64,000 nucleotides of DNA from Octopus vulgaris (GCA_951406725.2 OX597823.1:108562001-108626000), one strand, 5' to 3'; positions 38,886 through 53,575 are shown, numbered from the stretch's first letter. The notes: generated from the letters alone by a model not told the origin. Program-made: numbers and translations.

Positions 38886-39303
38886 CTTTTACTCTTTTCT
38901 CTTTTACTTGTTTCAGTCATTTGACTGTGGCCATGCTGGAGCACCGCCTTTAATTGAGCAACTCGACCCCGGGACTTATTCTTTGTAAGCCCAGTACTTA
39001 TTCTATCGGTCTCTTTTGCCGAACCGCTAAGTGACGGGGACGTAAACACACCAGCATTGGTTGTCAAGCAATGCTAGGGAGACAAACACAGACACACAAC
39101 ACACACACACATATACACACATATAAATATACATATATACGACGGGCTTCTTTCAGTTTCTGTCTACCAAATCCACTCACAAGGCTTTGGTCAGCCCGAG
39201 GCTATAGTAGAAGACACTTGCCCAAGGTGCCATGCAGTAGGACTGAACCCGGAACCATGTGGTTGGTAAACAAGCTACTTACCACACAGCCACTCCTGCG
39301 CCT
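38886..39303 (-). mobile_element. SINE family A, full length
   Basis: Reverse complement of the family consensus; CpG retained. Confidence 0.92.
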
Positions 39304-39689
39304 ATATATATATATATATACACATACATACATATATATGTATGTACTTATATATTTACATATAATGGTCATGTCAATGGAAGAACTAACTACTTCATCT
39401 TCTTGCCGTAATAAAATGCACCCAGTACACCCTGTAAAGTTATTGGTGGGAAGAAGGGCATCCAACCATAAAAACAGGGAGCATAAAAGGGAAATGTAGT
39501 CCTCTGACCTATTTAGTGAGGCATTAACTTCAAGTAAGAACTGGCCTGAAACATGACCCTGCATCCAATACATGCTGCATAGAAAGCAGACATAAAATGA
39601 GAGGGAGAGAGGGCTGCACCCCAAATACACAAAGACACACATGCATACTAAATCATATGTATATCATCTCTCTCTCTCTCTCTCTCTAG

Positions 39690-39729
<40 letters not shown>

Positions 39730-40575
39730 ACATACATACATACACATACATGTATATGTGTGTATATACATATATACATACACATACATGTATATGTGTG
39801 TATATATATATATATGTATGTATATATTTATATATATACACACACATATATACACACATGCATATACACATATAAATGTATATGTGTGTGTGTATATATA
39901 TATGTATATGTATATGTGTGTGTGTGTATATGTGTATACATATACATATGTATATATATATATACATATACATATAACATATGTATACATACATACACAT
40001 ATATGTATATATGTGTATATATTTTTGTATATATATATATACATATACGTCTATAATGCATACTCACAGAAATACACCCACTCACATGTGCCTAGAGAGA
40101 TACATGCATATAAACAAATGTTGATCGTCATACTTGGATTTCTCTTTAAAAATTATCAAAAGAAACTCACCAAGAATATGAAGGCAACATCAACATCAAT
40201 AGCAAAATGGACAAGTATACAATAAAAATGGCACCCACCCACTCTAAAAAGTATCCACCTCATTTAAAATAAAAGAAGGGAAAAAGAAAAACAAAGAATC
40301 AACAACCAGAACAAAATGCAATCATAGAAAATAGCGAAAAAGTGCCATAAAGTGCTAGGAAGATTTTGGCTCCTTAATCAAATAATTTCTTGTGAGATAA
40401 ACAAGAGAGAAGCTGGGGGAGTGAAGCAGAGTATATAAGCTCGAGTACTTCAAATGATAAGAAGCATTAACCTAATTATTGGAGTTAGTTTCTTATTTGA
40501 GCAAAATGGAAGACAAAAAAGAAAAACAATGAAGTAGTGCCTCCCAGTTTAGTTTGTCTATGCACATATATATAC

Positions 40576-40606
<31 letters not shown>

Positions 40607-40768
40607 TAAAAGTCTGATATATAACCAGAATATTTCTTTAAAAATAAATGATAAGTGTGTATGTGCAGATATGTATATATGATTCTGCCTATGTAAAAAT
40701 ATATGCATATATATATACAATTCATAAATAAGGGCAAACGAAATTTATTATTTTTTTTTTGCCACATG

Positions 40769-40826
40769 TATCACTGACGAAGGGAGGGCTGTTATAAGCT
40801 AACCCTGAAATCAGTCCGATATGGTA
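40769..40826 (+). ncRNA. Type I hammerhead ribozyme, intact core
   Basis: tatca-CTGACGA-aggg..gct(gttata)agc..ccct-GAAA-TC(agtcc)GA-TA-tggta. Stem I 5 bp (one G-U), stem III 3 bp, AUA triplet. Confidence 0.8.
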
Positions 40827-41077
40827 ATGATGGAATTTTTTAGAAATTTCTGTCGACCTTTTTTCAAGTAGCGTGCAGATTGTGAAAAAATTAATGGTTA
40901 ATGGTCAATATGTCCAATTTCGGCATATTTGGCATTAGAAATTTTTTCGTTTGCCCTTATTTATGAATTGTTTATAAATTTAACCTTTAAAGGTATTTTT
41001 AATATGCTGGCCATTGATAAAATCTTTTTTGGAAAAGAATTTTTTTCGAAAAAGATTTTATCCTACATTAGGTATGC

Positions 41078-41110
<33 letters not shown>

Positions 41111-41116
41111 TATATA

Positions 41117-41147
<31 letters not shown>

Positions 41148-41149
41148 TG

Positions 41150-41393
41150 GAGGAGACCGCTTTCAGTCGCGAACGACCATGGGATTGCACCTACAAAGTT
41201 ACCCTCCAAGGTACATGTCCGGGCAAGGTTGTTTATGGAAGACCAGCAGTCGCCCATGCATACCAGCCTCTCCTCTCCACGCCACCAGTGTTATCCAAAG
41301 GAAAGGCAAAGGCCGATACAGCTTGGCACCGGTGACATCACAACTCATTTCTACAGATGAATGAACTGGAGCAACGTGAAATAAAGTGTCTTG
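41150..41393 (-). mobile_element. SINE family D, head missing
   Basis: Same body as 31284 and 47176. Confidence 0.85.
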
Positions 41394-41395
41394 CA

Positions 41396-41645
41396 TTTTT
41401 TGTTCCCCAAAAGAAAAAAGTCCTTAAAAGGAAACGTTTTGCAGATGTGGGAGAAGCGAAGAAAAAATGACAGAGGTGTTAAAAGGCATCACTTTGCAAG
41501 GGTGCCAGAACTGCTTGAAACAATAAAAAATAAATCTGGACCAATGCATCACTTCAAATGGAGAATACTTTGAAGGTATTAAAAATGTAAGCATGTAAAA
41601 CTAAGTGAATAAAATATTTTGGTTTCTTTTGGGTACCCCCTTATA
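41396..41645 (+). mobile_element. mariner transposon 3' end (transposase C-terminus plus probable TIR)
   Basis: Frameshifted FLFPK..K.LKGKRFADV.E.K...TEVLKGITLQGCQNC..Q.K..LDQCITSNGEYFEG, ending ..ttttgggtacccccttata. Confidence 0.8.
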
Positions 41646-42287
41646 TGATGTAGATGTTGATTCATTAGAACAGCTAACCATCAGGTTGAAGTCACTTCAC
41701 CTATTCTAAATCTGCTAATCAAGAATAACAGTTGCATAGATACGGCTGACAGAAAATTCAAGTAAAGATGTAGCAGCCATGAATAATATTTTTATGCAGC
41801 ATAAAGAACTTCATGACGTTAGCCACCAATGTCTGGGGCTCAAGCGAATGGAACCTAGACTACAACATCAAATAAAGGATTCATTGTAAGATCAGAAGCA
41901 TACTTAAGTGAATTGAGAAAAATTCAAGCTTTACACAGTATAAAGATCATGCAAAAAAATGAAAAACAGGGAGTTGCTATCATTACAGGAAATAAATTTT
42001 TGCAAAGTGTCACCATACACAGAAATTCATTTTATCCCCCAGCAAAGTTCTACTGTCACGAGACAAGCATCATTCATACTTCTAGGATTCAACTGCACCC
42101 TTCTATTGTTTCTTGAGTTCTTTTTTATCCCTTTTATACTTTTACATTTCCCTGCTCGTATAACAATACCATCCCAACCTACTTCTCAGTTCTTCTCATT
42201 CATTCACAATTAACCATGTAAACAAATGAATTTCAAAATTTCATACACATAAATCTTAAGATTAGAAAAGATGCTGCAAAAATGACT

Positions 42288-42474
42288 TACTCTTTTACTC
42301 TTTTACGTGTTTCAGTCATTTGACTGTGGCCATGCTGGAGCACCGCCTTTAGTCGAGCAAATCGACCCCGGGACTTATATTTGTAAGCCCAGTACTTATT
42401 CTATCGGTCTCTTTTGCCAAACCGCTAAGTGACGGGGACATAAACACAATGCAAGGGGGACAAACACAGACACA

Positions 42475-42524
<50 letters not shown>

Positions 42525-42696
42525 CATATATACGACAGGCTTCTTTCAGTTTCCGTCTACCAAATCCACTCACAAGGCATTGGTCGGCCCGGGGCTATAG
42601 CAGAAGACACTCACCCAAGATGCCACACAGTGGGACTGAACCTGCAACCATGTGGTTGGTTAGCAAGCTACTTACCACACAGCCACTCCTGCGCCT
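42288..42696 (-). mobile_element. SINE family A
   Basis: Full length with an internal deletion. Confidence 0.9.
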
Positions 42697-42775
42697 ATGT
42701 TTACAATCAATGACGTGAAGAAAGAAATTAATCATATTTGTGCAGCAAGAAGAAGATAACAATAGCTCGTTAACT

Positions 42776-42944
42776 AGGAGTGGCTGTGTGGTAAGTAGCT
42801 TGTTTACCAACCACATGGTTCCAGGTTCAGTCCCACTGCGTGGCAACTTGGGCAAGTGCCTTCTACTATAGCCTCGGGTCGATCAAAGCCTTGTGAGTGG
42901 ATTTGGTAGACGGAAACTGAAAGAAGCCCATCGTATATATGTAT

Positions 42945-42976
<32 letters not shown>

Positions 42977-43172
42977 GTATATATGTTTGTCCCCCCAACA
43001 TCGCTTGACAACCAATGCTGGTGTGTTTACGCTGCCATAACTTAGTGGTTCGGCAAAAGAGACTGATAGTATAAGTACTAGGCTTACAAAGAATAAGTCC
43101 TGAGGTCAATTTGCTCGACAAAAGGCAGTCCTCTAGCATGGCTGCAGTCAAATGGCTGAAACAAGTAAAAGA
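42776..43172 (+). mobile_element. SINE family A
   Basis: Head-to-head with the 42288 copy. Confidence 0.9.
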
Positions 43173-43185
43173 ATAATATTAATTA

Positions 43186-43295
43186 CATTTGAAGTGATGC
43201 ATTGGTTCAGATTTATTTTCCACTGTTTGAAGCAGTTCTGGCACCCTTGCAAAGTGGTGCCTTTTGACACCTCTGTCATTTTTTCTTCCCCTCTC
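43186..43295 (-). mobile_element. Second fragment of the same mariner transposase C-terminus
   Basis: KMTEVSKGTTLQGCQNCFKQWKINLNQCITSN, highly similar to 41460-41560. Confidence 0.75.
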
Positions 43296-43452
43296 CCAAG
43301 CTGGACATGTATTGAGGACAGCAGTGGACATGTTTTAGAAATATATTTGACCACCTCAGGCAAAACATCATCTTCTCTGTACTCGACAAATCAGTGAAGA
43401 CAGAACCACTAAATGAACAATGACCGATAATATACATTACTTAACAGATTTT

Positions 43453-44002
43453 TTCATCAGCCATTTTCATCATTCTTGTGGCTATGACGAAAAAATGTAT
43501 CTGGTGGATGCATCTGAAAGGATTAGAGACAAACACTTTCTTCTTTGGTCAATCTCTCATCAACTTCTTCAAGTATCACTTGACGAGGAAAGTGAGAGTA
43601 GAGAGGCAAGTTTTGTCTAGCGAATATTTCAAAAAACGATGGGTGAATGTAGCAAGGATGGCACGTGAGAATGATAAAGCCACCTTGAGCATTATCCTTA
43701 TGAACCCGGAAAAATTAAAAATAGAGAGTTACTTACTTGCAAATAAATGTGTTAACATGACATTATTGACCGAGGTTACCGTGGTCTTTTCTGTAGACTT
43801 TTCTTTCCACGGATAAACCTTATCTGCTTTCCCCTTTACACTTTACATCATGACATTTCTGTGACACACGATCCCTTTTGATCGTTTTTTCTTCTTTTTT
43901 CTTTCCTTTTTATGATCCCTTTTGATTGAAAACCAACCCCACTTTTTTTTTTCTGCCCCAAAAGAAAAGCTCTGTGTTCAGCCCTGTGTGGCTAATAAAC
44001 AA
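43453..44002 (+). mobile_element. 5'-truncated L1/Tx1-like LINE 3' end
   Basis: ORF remnant KKCIWWMHLKGLETN..RW. T-rich 3' UTR, AATAAA at ~43994, and an exact 19-bp TSD acattacttaacagatttt at 43434-43452 and 44003-44021. Confidence 0.75.
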
Positions 44003-44409
44003 ACATTACTTAACAGATTTTACATGTATATTTCCTTACACTAAACTTATTTCAGTCTGATCTCCCACGATCTCCCCCACAATGCTGCTGATCATTTCCC
44101 TTGACCTTCTTCATTGGTTTTCACTTGCTTATTTCCCAACACATCTAAACTATACTCATTGTTGAATTCTTCGAGAATATAGCACTTCAAATTTTTCCAA
44201 TTTACTGAATCCCTTCTCCATCTATAAGATAGGAAATGTCAAATCAAACAACCCTAGGCAAGATTTGAACGTAAAACCGTAATATATTTTGCCGAGCATT
44301 GAACTTTAGACCCACCCCAGAGCTTCTACCCACTTATTTAAGCCTAAACAGCTTCCTGAGTTGAAAACGTATTGAGTAAAAGTTCAGTGATAAATTCTGT
44401 TTGCTTGCT

Positions 44410-44459
<50 letters not shown>

Positions 44460-44831
44460 CAGTATTACTTGTTGAGTGATAGTTTTTGTTATTGAAATGT
44501 AAGTTGAAATGGTAGCAAGTGGTATGAAGAAGACGAAGGCAGAGAAGATTCTGTGTATGTTTTTTTAAAGGCTGGAAGGTCAAGGAATGAAGTAGGAATT
44601 ACAAATAAGTAAAGAAACATAGCATGAAGTGAATAGGAAAAGTCAAAGGAAACATTTTTCAAATAAACACGTGTATGTGTGTATGATAGCATTGTATATA
44701 ATATGTGCATGTGCATGTGTGCATATATGTGTATGTGTGTGTGTATGAATGTTTTCATATGTTTATATAGTTTTGCATAGGTGTAACTGTCTGTCAGTAT
44801 GCATATGTATGTAATCTATAATATCTATGTC

Positions 44832-44865
<34 letters not shown>

Positions 44866-45144
44866 TACACACACACACACATACACACACAAACACACAC
44901 ATATACATATACAGGAACATGCATAGATGTATATACCTATGTTTACAACAGACAAAATATATAAAGACATATAACAATAAAACAACACAGCAAGAAAGAA
45001 TTTATGAGTAGAAAAATTCTATAATGTTTTTTTCATTTCAAGCCACAGTATTTTTATATGTAAATATGTTTACATGCATACACTCATACGATCACACACA
45101 CACGCATACACACACGTGTGTGTGTGTGTATATATATGTATATG

Positions 45145-45255
<111 letters not shown>

Positions 45256-45785
45256 GTATATATATATATATGTATGTATGTATGTATATATATATGTATA
45301 TATATATATATATGTATGTATATATATATGTGTGTATATATATATGTATATATATATATGTATGTATATATGTGTGTATATATATATGTATATTTAACAA
45401 TTGATTCCCCCCCCCCTCACATTATTAAGTTACATATGTATTTTTCCCCTCACATACATCACAAGTAAAACATACAGCTAGATGCATCGGTGCAGCATAA
45501 CATGGTGTGGTACCAGCGCACCATAGCTTCTCTCTTTCTTGCTTCCTCTCTTGGAAGTTATCTTCACTAAAATGTTCAGAAAATATCAAATGTTTGAGGT
45601 CAAGTGAAGAAAATGGAAATCAAAGAAATTAAGTCCAATTCTTGGAAACTTATTTATTTTATCATCATTTTTATTGATTTATTATGTATCTCATGTTGAA
45701 TATATTTTCTTTTATTTTTTATTACACTCTCTCTCTATGAGGTATTCTTCAAATATATATAAACAAATAAACAATATACATATAC

Positions 45786-45829
<44 letters not shown>

Positions 45830-46281
45830 CTATGTGGTTAACATGTTGAGATGTTTGATTTGTAGTGATTTAGTTTTGAGTTCTGTCCTACTGCCTGGCA
45901 GCTTGGCCAAGTGTCTTCTGCAATAGACAGAAACTGTATGGAAGCTCAATGTGCATATATATGTATGTGTACCCATGCATGTGTGTGTGTGTGTGTGTGT
46001 GCATATATGGTTATGTGTACAAGCTGTAAACATCCTATGACTTGACTTGTCAACCTTTGAGCAAACTGATGATATGATGTTTACATCCTTTGTTGTCATG
46101 GCAATCAGACACTCCGCTCTTTTAAAGACCAGTGGAAAAAAAAAAAGTAACATTGTTAGCTGAAAAAAGAAAGGATGGGGACAGATTGGGAACGATGTAT
46201 AAGATGCTGTTTTAGTAAGAACTCCATCCAGCCCATAACTAGTTTGGAAAAAGTTGAAATGGATATTGAAGAAACAAAGGA

Positions 46282-46760
46282 ATCATCATCATCATCATCA
46301 TCATCGTTTAACATCTGCTTTCCATGCTAGCATGGGTTGGACGATTTTGACTGAGGGCCGGTGAACCAGATGGCTGCACCAGGCTCCAATCTTGATCTAG
46401 CAGAGTTTCTACAGCTGGATGCCCTTCCTAATGCCAACCACTCTGAGAGTGTAGTGGGTGCTTTTATGTGCCACCGGCATGGGTACTGGCAACGACCTCG
46501 CTCGAATCTTTTACACATGCCACTGGCACAGGTGCCAGTAAGGCGATGCTGGTAATGATCACACTTGAATGGTGCCTTTTACATGCCACTGGCACGGAAG
46601 CCAGTTAGCCACTCTGGCAACGATCACACTCGGATGGTGCTCTTGGCACCCTACTAGCACAGGCACAGGTGCCAGTAAGGTGACGCTGGTAATGATCACA
46701 CTCGAATGGTGCCTTTTATGTGCCACTGGCACAGAAGCTGGTTAGTCACTCTGTCAATGA
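46282..46760 (-). mobile_element. RTE-associated 3' repeat (family F)
   Basis: Same tail and internal tandem units as 33497. Confidence 0.8.
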
Positions 46761-47175
46761 TATATAAAATGTTATCATCATCATCATCATCATTAATTTA
46801 AGGTCCACTTTCCCATACTTGGATGGATGTGATGGAATTCAATGAGGCAGATTTTTTAGCGTGATGCCTCTACTGTCACCAACTTTAAGCGGTTTCAATG
46901 CAAGTTAGTTTATTTTTTTATTGAATTTATTTAATGGATCTCCCTTTCTTTATTAGTCAGGGCATTGTGTCCCAATTTACTATTGCAGCCTACTGCATTG
47001 ATACACGAAAGCCTATCAGTGCAATAGGTCTTGAACACTGATGGTAAGAAGGTTCAGTTTCAAATCAATATATAAATCTCCTTTATGTACACAATAGTTT
47101 TTCCCCCCTCCAGCTTTTAAATTCTCTCTCTCTCTCTCTTTCTTTCTCCCACCCACACATGCATACACATCTTGA

Positions 47176-47487
47176 GCACCCCGTTCGGTCATGAATCACC
47201 ATGGGATTGCACCTAGAAAGTTACGCTCTGAGGCACAAGTCCAGGCAAGGTTGTTTATGGAAGGCCAGCAATCGCCCATGCATACCAGCTTCCCTTCTCC
47301 ACACCACTGATGAGGGAAAGGCAAAGGGGCCGATACAGCCTGGTACCATTTCTACAGCTGAGTGAACTGGAGCAACATGAAATAAAGTGTCTTGCTCAAG
47401 AACACAACATGCAGTCTGGTCCAGGAATCGAACTCACAACCTCAAGATCGTAAGCTCGATGCTCTAACCACTGAGCTATGCACCTTC
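47176..47487 (-). mobile_element. SINE family D
   Basis: Full body with tRNA-like head (ggaatcgaactc...ctaaccactgagct). Confidence 0.85.
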
Positions 47488-47623
47488 ACTGAGCCATACA
47501 CATCTACATACACACATTTATATGTGTTTATGTACATACATATACATATATATAAATATATATGCATATGTGTGTGTGTGTGTGTCCCTATATGTATACA
47601 CACTCTCATACCCATACCATATA

Positions 47624-48133
47624 TCTATATATATAAAACTGTAGTTGTGTGAGTGTCTGTCCCCTTCGATTTAGATTCCTAACTCCTCCCACATTTTGCG
47701 GTGCAGTTTAACCAAATTCGGGTATCTTATAGTCGTGATTCATATCGAGCCCGTCTGGCTATTAGCGCGCGTCAACGATGAGTCTACGATTTTAAAAATA
47801 ATTTAACATCATTTTTTATTCCATTTTAATGCATAATTTTTCGTGTGTCGATGGCGGCGGAGTTGGCGTCCATGGTCACAGCTGCACTTGTTTGCTTCTC
47901 CCCCTTCCCTCCCTCGTGAAGCTGTGGGGAAGGGAGTGTAAAGAAATCAACGTCGTAATGCGTTGTCAAGGAGACCAGCGTTCTTTTAGAACAACGACTT
48001 CATGGCTTGAAGACACCAAAACAGAAATGGCTAAGAAAGCCCGAATTGGCATCTATAAGGAAAGTAACTCTCTAAAAATGCTTATATAGTTATTTCCCTT
48101 ACAAATCCGAGCAACGCCGGGCGATACTGCTAG
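47624..48133 (+). mobile_element. Non-autonomous Helitron
   Basis: 5' TCTATATATATAAAA, 3' CTAG, inserted between A and T with no TSD. Subterminal hairpin ccgagcaacgccgg at 48107-48120, about 10 nt before CTAG. CpG-rich interior. Confidence 0.85.
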
Positions 48134-48582
48134 TAATTATATATATAAATACATTCATGGTAGAGTAAAACTCAATAGAAGACAGCTCTTTCTTTACAGG
48201 AAGATTTAATATAATCAAAACTAGAATAGAACATACATACATTAATATATATATATTGTACATTTAAATATACATAGACTTCTTTTACTCTCTGTGTTTG
48301 TATGCTTAAAATCATAATAATTACTGCTAGTTATTTATTCACACCCTGATGTTGAGAAATACAGCTTGTTCTTTAAATTTCAGGTGATTGTTTGAACCCT
48401 GGAATTTCGGATGATCAGAGGTGTCTGTCAATGAGTTCCCTTGATATCAGAAGAGGAACAAATGTGTTGTATCTACCACAACATTTAACTGATATTTTAT
48501 ATTATTGACCTTCCAAGAATGAAGCTTATGTTGACCTTAGGTAAATTTGAAATCAGTATATAGAAGTTTGCAACTAAAAACT

Positions 48583-48965
48583 GGTAAGTACAGAAAACAG
48601 CAACAGAAAACTAACAATATGAGACTTTAGAATAAGGTAACAATCACCTAAAGCCAATAAAGAACCATGATTACCATTACTGCTGAGGGTCAGTTCCTTC
48701 CCTCTGCTAGAATGGAAGCTGTTCTATTTGGCAAGGTAACCTATCTGGTGCTGTAAAGTCATATGTCAGCTGGTGGGACATGCGTAGCTGAGTATGATAT
48801 ATTTTCAGCTCTGTATTGGTAAGCTACTATGATAAAATACAGAAAGGAAATAGTCTCACTAAAGGGAAGTAATCCTGGTTCTTAATTGGCTTCAGGTGAT
48901 CGTTACCTTATTCTAAAGTCGCATATCGTTAGTTTTCTATATTGCTGTTTTCTATACTTAGCAGT
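48583..48965. repeat. Diverged inverted repeat (~90-bp arms, ~195-bp spacer), possibly an old PLE foldback or MITE
   Basis: 48585-48675 pairs with 48868-48960 (ctttagaataaggtaac / gttaccttattctaaag). Confidence 0.65.
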
Positions 48966-49725
48966 ATTTAGTTTATCTGTAATTGCTCATGGGCCAGCTT
49001 GGTTTAAGATGCCTTCTGAGTACCAGCAGCCCATGGTTTGGAGTTCAATAGTAGTGTGCGTGTGTGTGTATAAATATTTAATAAATTGTGTTGTATACAC
49101 CAGGTAGTTTGCCAGCAATAGAGAAATTTTCTTGCCAATGGGTGATGCAGTTTGTTGCAGTATGAACAATTTCTCATGGTGGCAGAATTGGCAATGACAA
49201 ATTTCAAGTGAACAGGGAGGAAGACGGCCTAGGATGTCCCATGTGATGCTAGGAAAGTTGTTTTCTGATCCCAGAGGTATCAGATGAGATGGGACAGGGA
49301 GTTGGAGATTTCCCTTTCACAGCATCTCATGAAATGCAAATGTTGAATAAATATTCCCCTGATATAGCTCGCTACATTAAATACTACATGGGTATAACGA
49401 CCAATGGTTTCAAGGAAAAGATTGACATGGAGCTAAACAACAGCAGCTACATGAAATTTTGAGACAACTTATTAAATAAAATAATTTCTTTCAATCTCTC
49501 TAGCTATTTACCTGTCCATCCATTCATCCATTCTCTTTTGTTCTCTCTTTCTATATACATATATGCATGTGCATGCGGCTGAGTGTATGTATGTGTGTAT
49601 ATATATATTAGATAATAAACGTGTATATATATATAAACTATATATATATATACACACATATACATACATACATACATATTTACATATATATATATATAAA
49701 TCATATATATATGTGTGTGTGTGTG

Positions 49726-49756
<31 letters not shown>

Positions 49757-50129
49757 GTACCTATATATGTATGTATGTATGCTTGTATGTATGTATGTAT
49801 GTATGTATGTATGCATGTATGTATGATGTGACCAGAGGTAGCAAGCCACACAGCAGCACCAGGCTCCAGTCTGATTTGGCATGGTTCTTACATCTGGATG
49901 CCCTTTCTAATGCCAACACCATTACAGAGTGTGTTGGGTGCTCTCATGTGGCACTGCACGAATGCACTTATGTAACACCAGCACACTCTGTAAAGTGGCT
50001 GGTATTAGGAAGCGCATCCAGCTGTAGAGACCATGCCAAATTAGAGTGCGGCCTGGTGTAGCTCTTCAGCTTGCCATCTCTTGTCAAACCATCCAACCCA
50101 TGCAAGCATGAATGATGATGATGAGGATG

Positions 50130-50179
<50 letters not shown>

Positions 50180-50185
<6 letters not shown>

Positions 50186-50594
50186 GGGTAGAAATTGATA
50201 TTAATCAATTAAAACCGGTGGTTTAGCATATTTAAAAAAATCCGAAGATTAAAAATTGTTTTACATACAAAATTTAGAGGATTGACCACTACAAGTGGAC
50301 AGCCTATATGCTAAAAATAGACGTCAAATCGCCATTTACCACGAAGAATGTGTTCTCAAGAATAATCTCAGCAAAAAACCAAAGTGTAAAAATAAGCAAG
50401 ACACATGAAAATATACGAAATAAAAAATCGTTTTCTATTTCGTATATTTTCATGTATCTCGCTTATTTTTACACTTTGGTTTTTTGCTGAAATTATTCTT
50501 GAGAACACATTCTCCATGGTAAATGGCGATTTTGACGTCTATATCTAGCATACAGGCTGTCCACTTTTAGTGGTCAATCCTCTAAATTTTGTAT
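50180..50594. mobile_element. PLE-like foldback in (TA)n, same family as 62211 and 63044
   Basis: Palindrome 50265-50594 with a ~3-nt centre. The left terminus aataagggtagaaattgatatt resembles 62220 and the reverse complement of 63630-63653. Confidence 0.75.
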
Positions 50595-50763
50595 ATATAT
50601 ATATATATGTGCATATGAGTATATATGTATGAGAGTAACTGCATCAGTTCTGTCTGTGTGTATAGCATTTTTTGTGTACCTTTTGCCATATTACCAATAC
50701 AGAACACATTTTCCAAAATTAATAAAACCAAGCAACAACTGCAGCTGCAGCAGTAGCAGCAGC

Positions 50764-50815
<52 letters not shown>

Positions 50816-51406
50816 AATATTTTTATATTATTGTAAATAAACTCATCCAAGTACATAAACATATGATTTATAATGCAGCTAGTACAAAATATAATAGCTT
50901 GCAAACAATATTTTCTTCAAGTTATGTTTTTTTGTATAAAGATTAGAATTATAGATAAGTAAATCTGCAACAAATATCAACAACAGAATCTAAGGTATTA
51001 ACATCTATAGTGTGACTAACAGATTCAATACTTAAGAAGAAGTCTTCACAAACTAATCTAAAGAAACCTTTTGAATTTCTGGATTCTTAGCTACATTTCA
51101 CAGTTGAGTATATTCTAAGAATTGAATATATAAGGCAAAAATATTGGTTGTTTTCTACCCAAAAAGTTTGGCTCTTTTATACCCAAAGGAACATTACAGA
51201 ACACATTTGATAAGGAAGCCAAAACAGTATATTTGCCAACTTTGCTTTGCGAATATTCTTCGAAATCCTTCATATAACAAACTTTTCAATTATATCTTCT
51301 TTTGTATTTTTTCATTTTGTTTCCTTCCAGTTGATTTCAAAGTAAGTTTGTACATAGATATATCCATATGTGCACATATATGTCTAGATATGTATGAATG
51401 TGTGTA

Positions 51407-51611
<205 letters not shown>

Positions 51612-52325
51612 ATATATAGATATGTGTATTGAGATATATAAAGTGGTATATGTATATATATATGTATGTATGTATGTATATCATACCCACACGCAAGTAC
51701 ATGCACACGGAAAAATGGAGAGAAAAACTCACACACACACAAATGCCACCCCATGTTCAAATAAAAGCAGTTAAATTTTGTATTATAAAACAGTGCTGAG
51801 AGAAAAAGAGAGAGAGAGAGAGAGAATGAGAGAAAGTATTTCGCCTTGAAAGAAAATATACTAAGATACAAAATAAAATACCACTTCCAGGATACTGCCA
51901 ACACCATGGCAACATACCGACCACTGCTCTTAGTTGATGTTTGATCCGGTTTTACTTTGAAATGCTGAACCATTCATGCTGTCCTCTGATTCAGTAATAC
52001 ATATGCTTAGATAAAGAAGTGATATGAGATGCTGGTACAACCAACATGGTTTGTTATATGCATGTGTTGCATGTACGTAGGCATGTATGTATATATATAT
52101 ATTCTAGATAAACATGAATGTGTACACAACATTTAAGTAAATATAGTTGTGCATGTGTATGTGCATGTGTATGTGTGTATGTGCATGTATGTATACATGT
52201 ATGTATATATATGCATATATATATATAATATATATATACACACACACATACATATATATACATATATATAAAAAACATGCATGCATATATATATATTTAC
52301 ATATATTTATATATGTATAAAAATA

Positions 52326-52391
<66 letters not shown>

Positions 52392-52519
52392 TACAAGCAT
52401 ACACACACATATACTTATTAATAGAGCTCCTTATTCGATAAGTTATGTGTGGTTTGGGATGGGAGTAGTAATGAAAAGATGTTAATTAAATTGCTGTATA
52501 TTTTAATCTCCCTTGCATG

Positions 52520-52575
<56 letters not shown>

Positions 52576-53020
52576 TACTATATTATTGTTGTTATCATTA
52601 TTATCATGATGATGATGAAAGTGATGATGGTAGCGATGATGATGATTATGAGATGATGATGATAACAACGACATTGACAATGATGATGATTGTTGTTATT
52701 GGTGTGGTTGCTGTTAAATATTTTACTTGTTTATTTAATTTCAAATGAAATCTACCCCTTCCCCCCCACCCAGATCCTCCACAATTCTATTCTTACCCTT
52801 TGGTTTCCCTTTTATTTCGTAGTTCTTTATTTCTTTATATTTTTACATCTATGTTCTATACAAATAAAAATATATAATTCTTATTGGATCTATTGTCTTT
52901 TTTTTATATTTATTTATCATTTCCTTCAATAGTCAATTTTTTTGCCTTAGATCTTTTTTGCATGGGATTTTAACAAGAAAAAAAATTCCAGAACAAAAAA
53001 ATTAATGAAAAATTTCAAAA

Positions 53021-53071
<51 letters not shown>

Positions 53072-53575
53072 CATACATACATACACATAAATAAAATAAA
53101 AATAGGGTAAAATATGAAAAAAAATAACTAATTTTTCTGCACTATCATGAGAAAAATGTGTAGTGTTCTTGTATTTCTAGTATATTGTCCCACATTAAAT
53201 ATATTCAAAGAAATCTTCATATCTCTTTTATTCCAACAAAAATATCCTGGAATAATTTTATGTCTTTTTTCATCCAATAAAATTTACACCCAACTATTTG
53301 TCTTGAAATTTATAGAGTATACAGACACACATACTCATGTATACATACATATATGCATATTCCTCTCTCTCTCTCTACCTCTCTCTCTCTCTCTCGTCCT
53401 CTCTCTCACTGCAGATATACATATATATATAAAATGAATAAAAGCAGTAATAAAGAATTATCGAAAATTCTGACTACTTCCTTTTTCGCAATATTTATAT
53501 ATATATATATGCATACATATATATGTATGTGAGTGTATATATATATTTGTGTGTGTATATATATTTTTATATATA

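Noticed and set aside
48384-48540. Possible host exon after tttcag (DCLNPGISDDQRCLSMSSLDIRRG)
   Set aside because: A plausible acceptor, but the frame closes before a convincing donor and I recognise no homology. RNA-seq would be needed.
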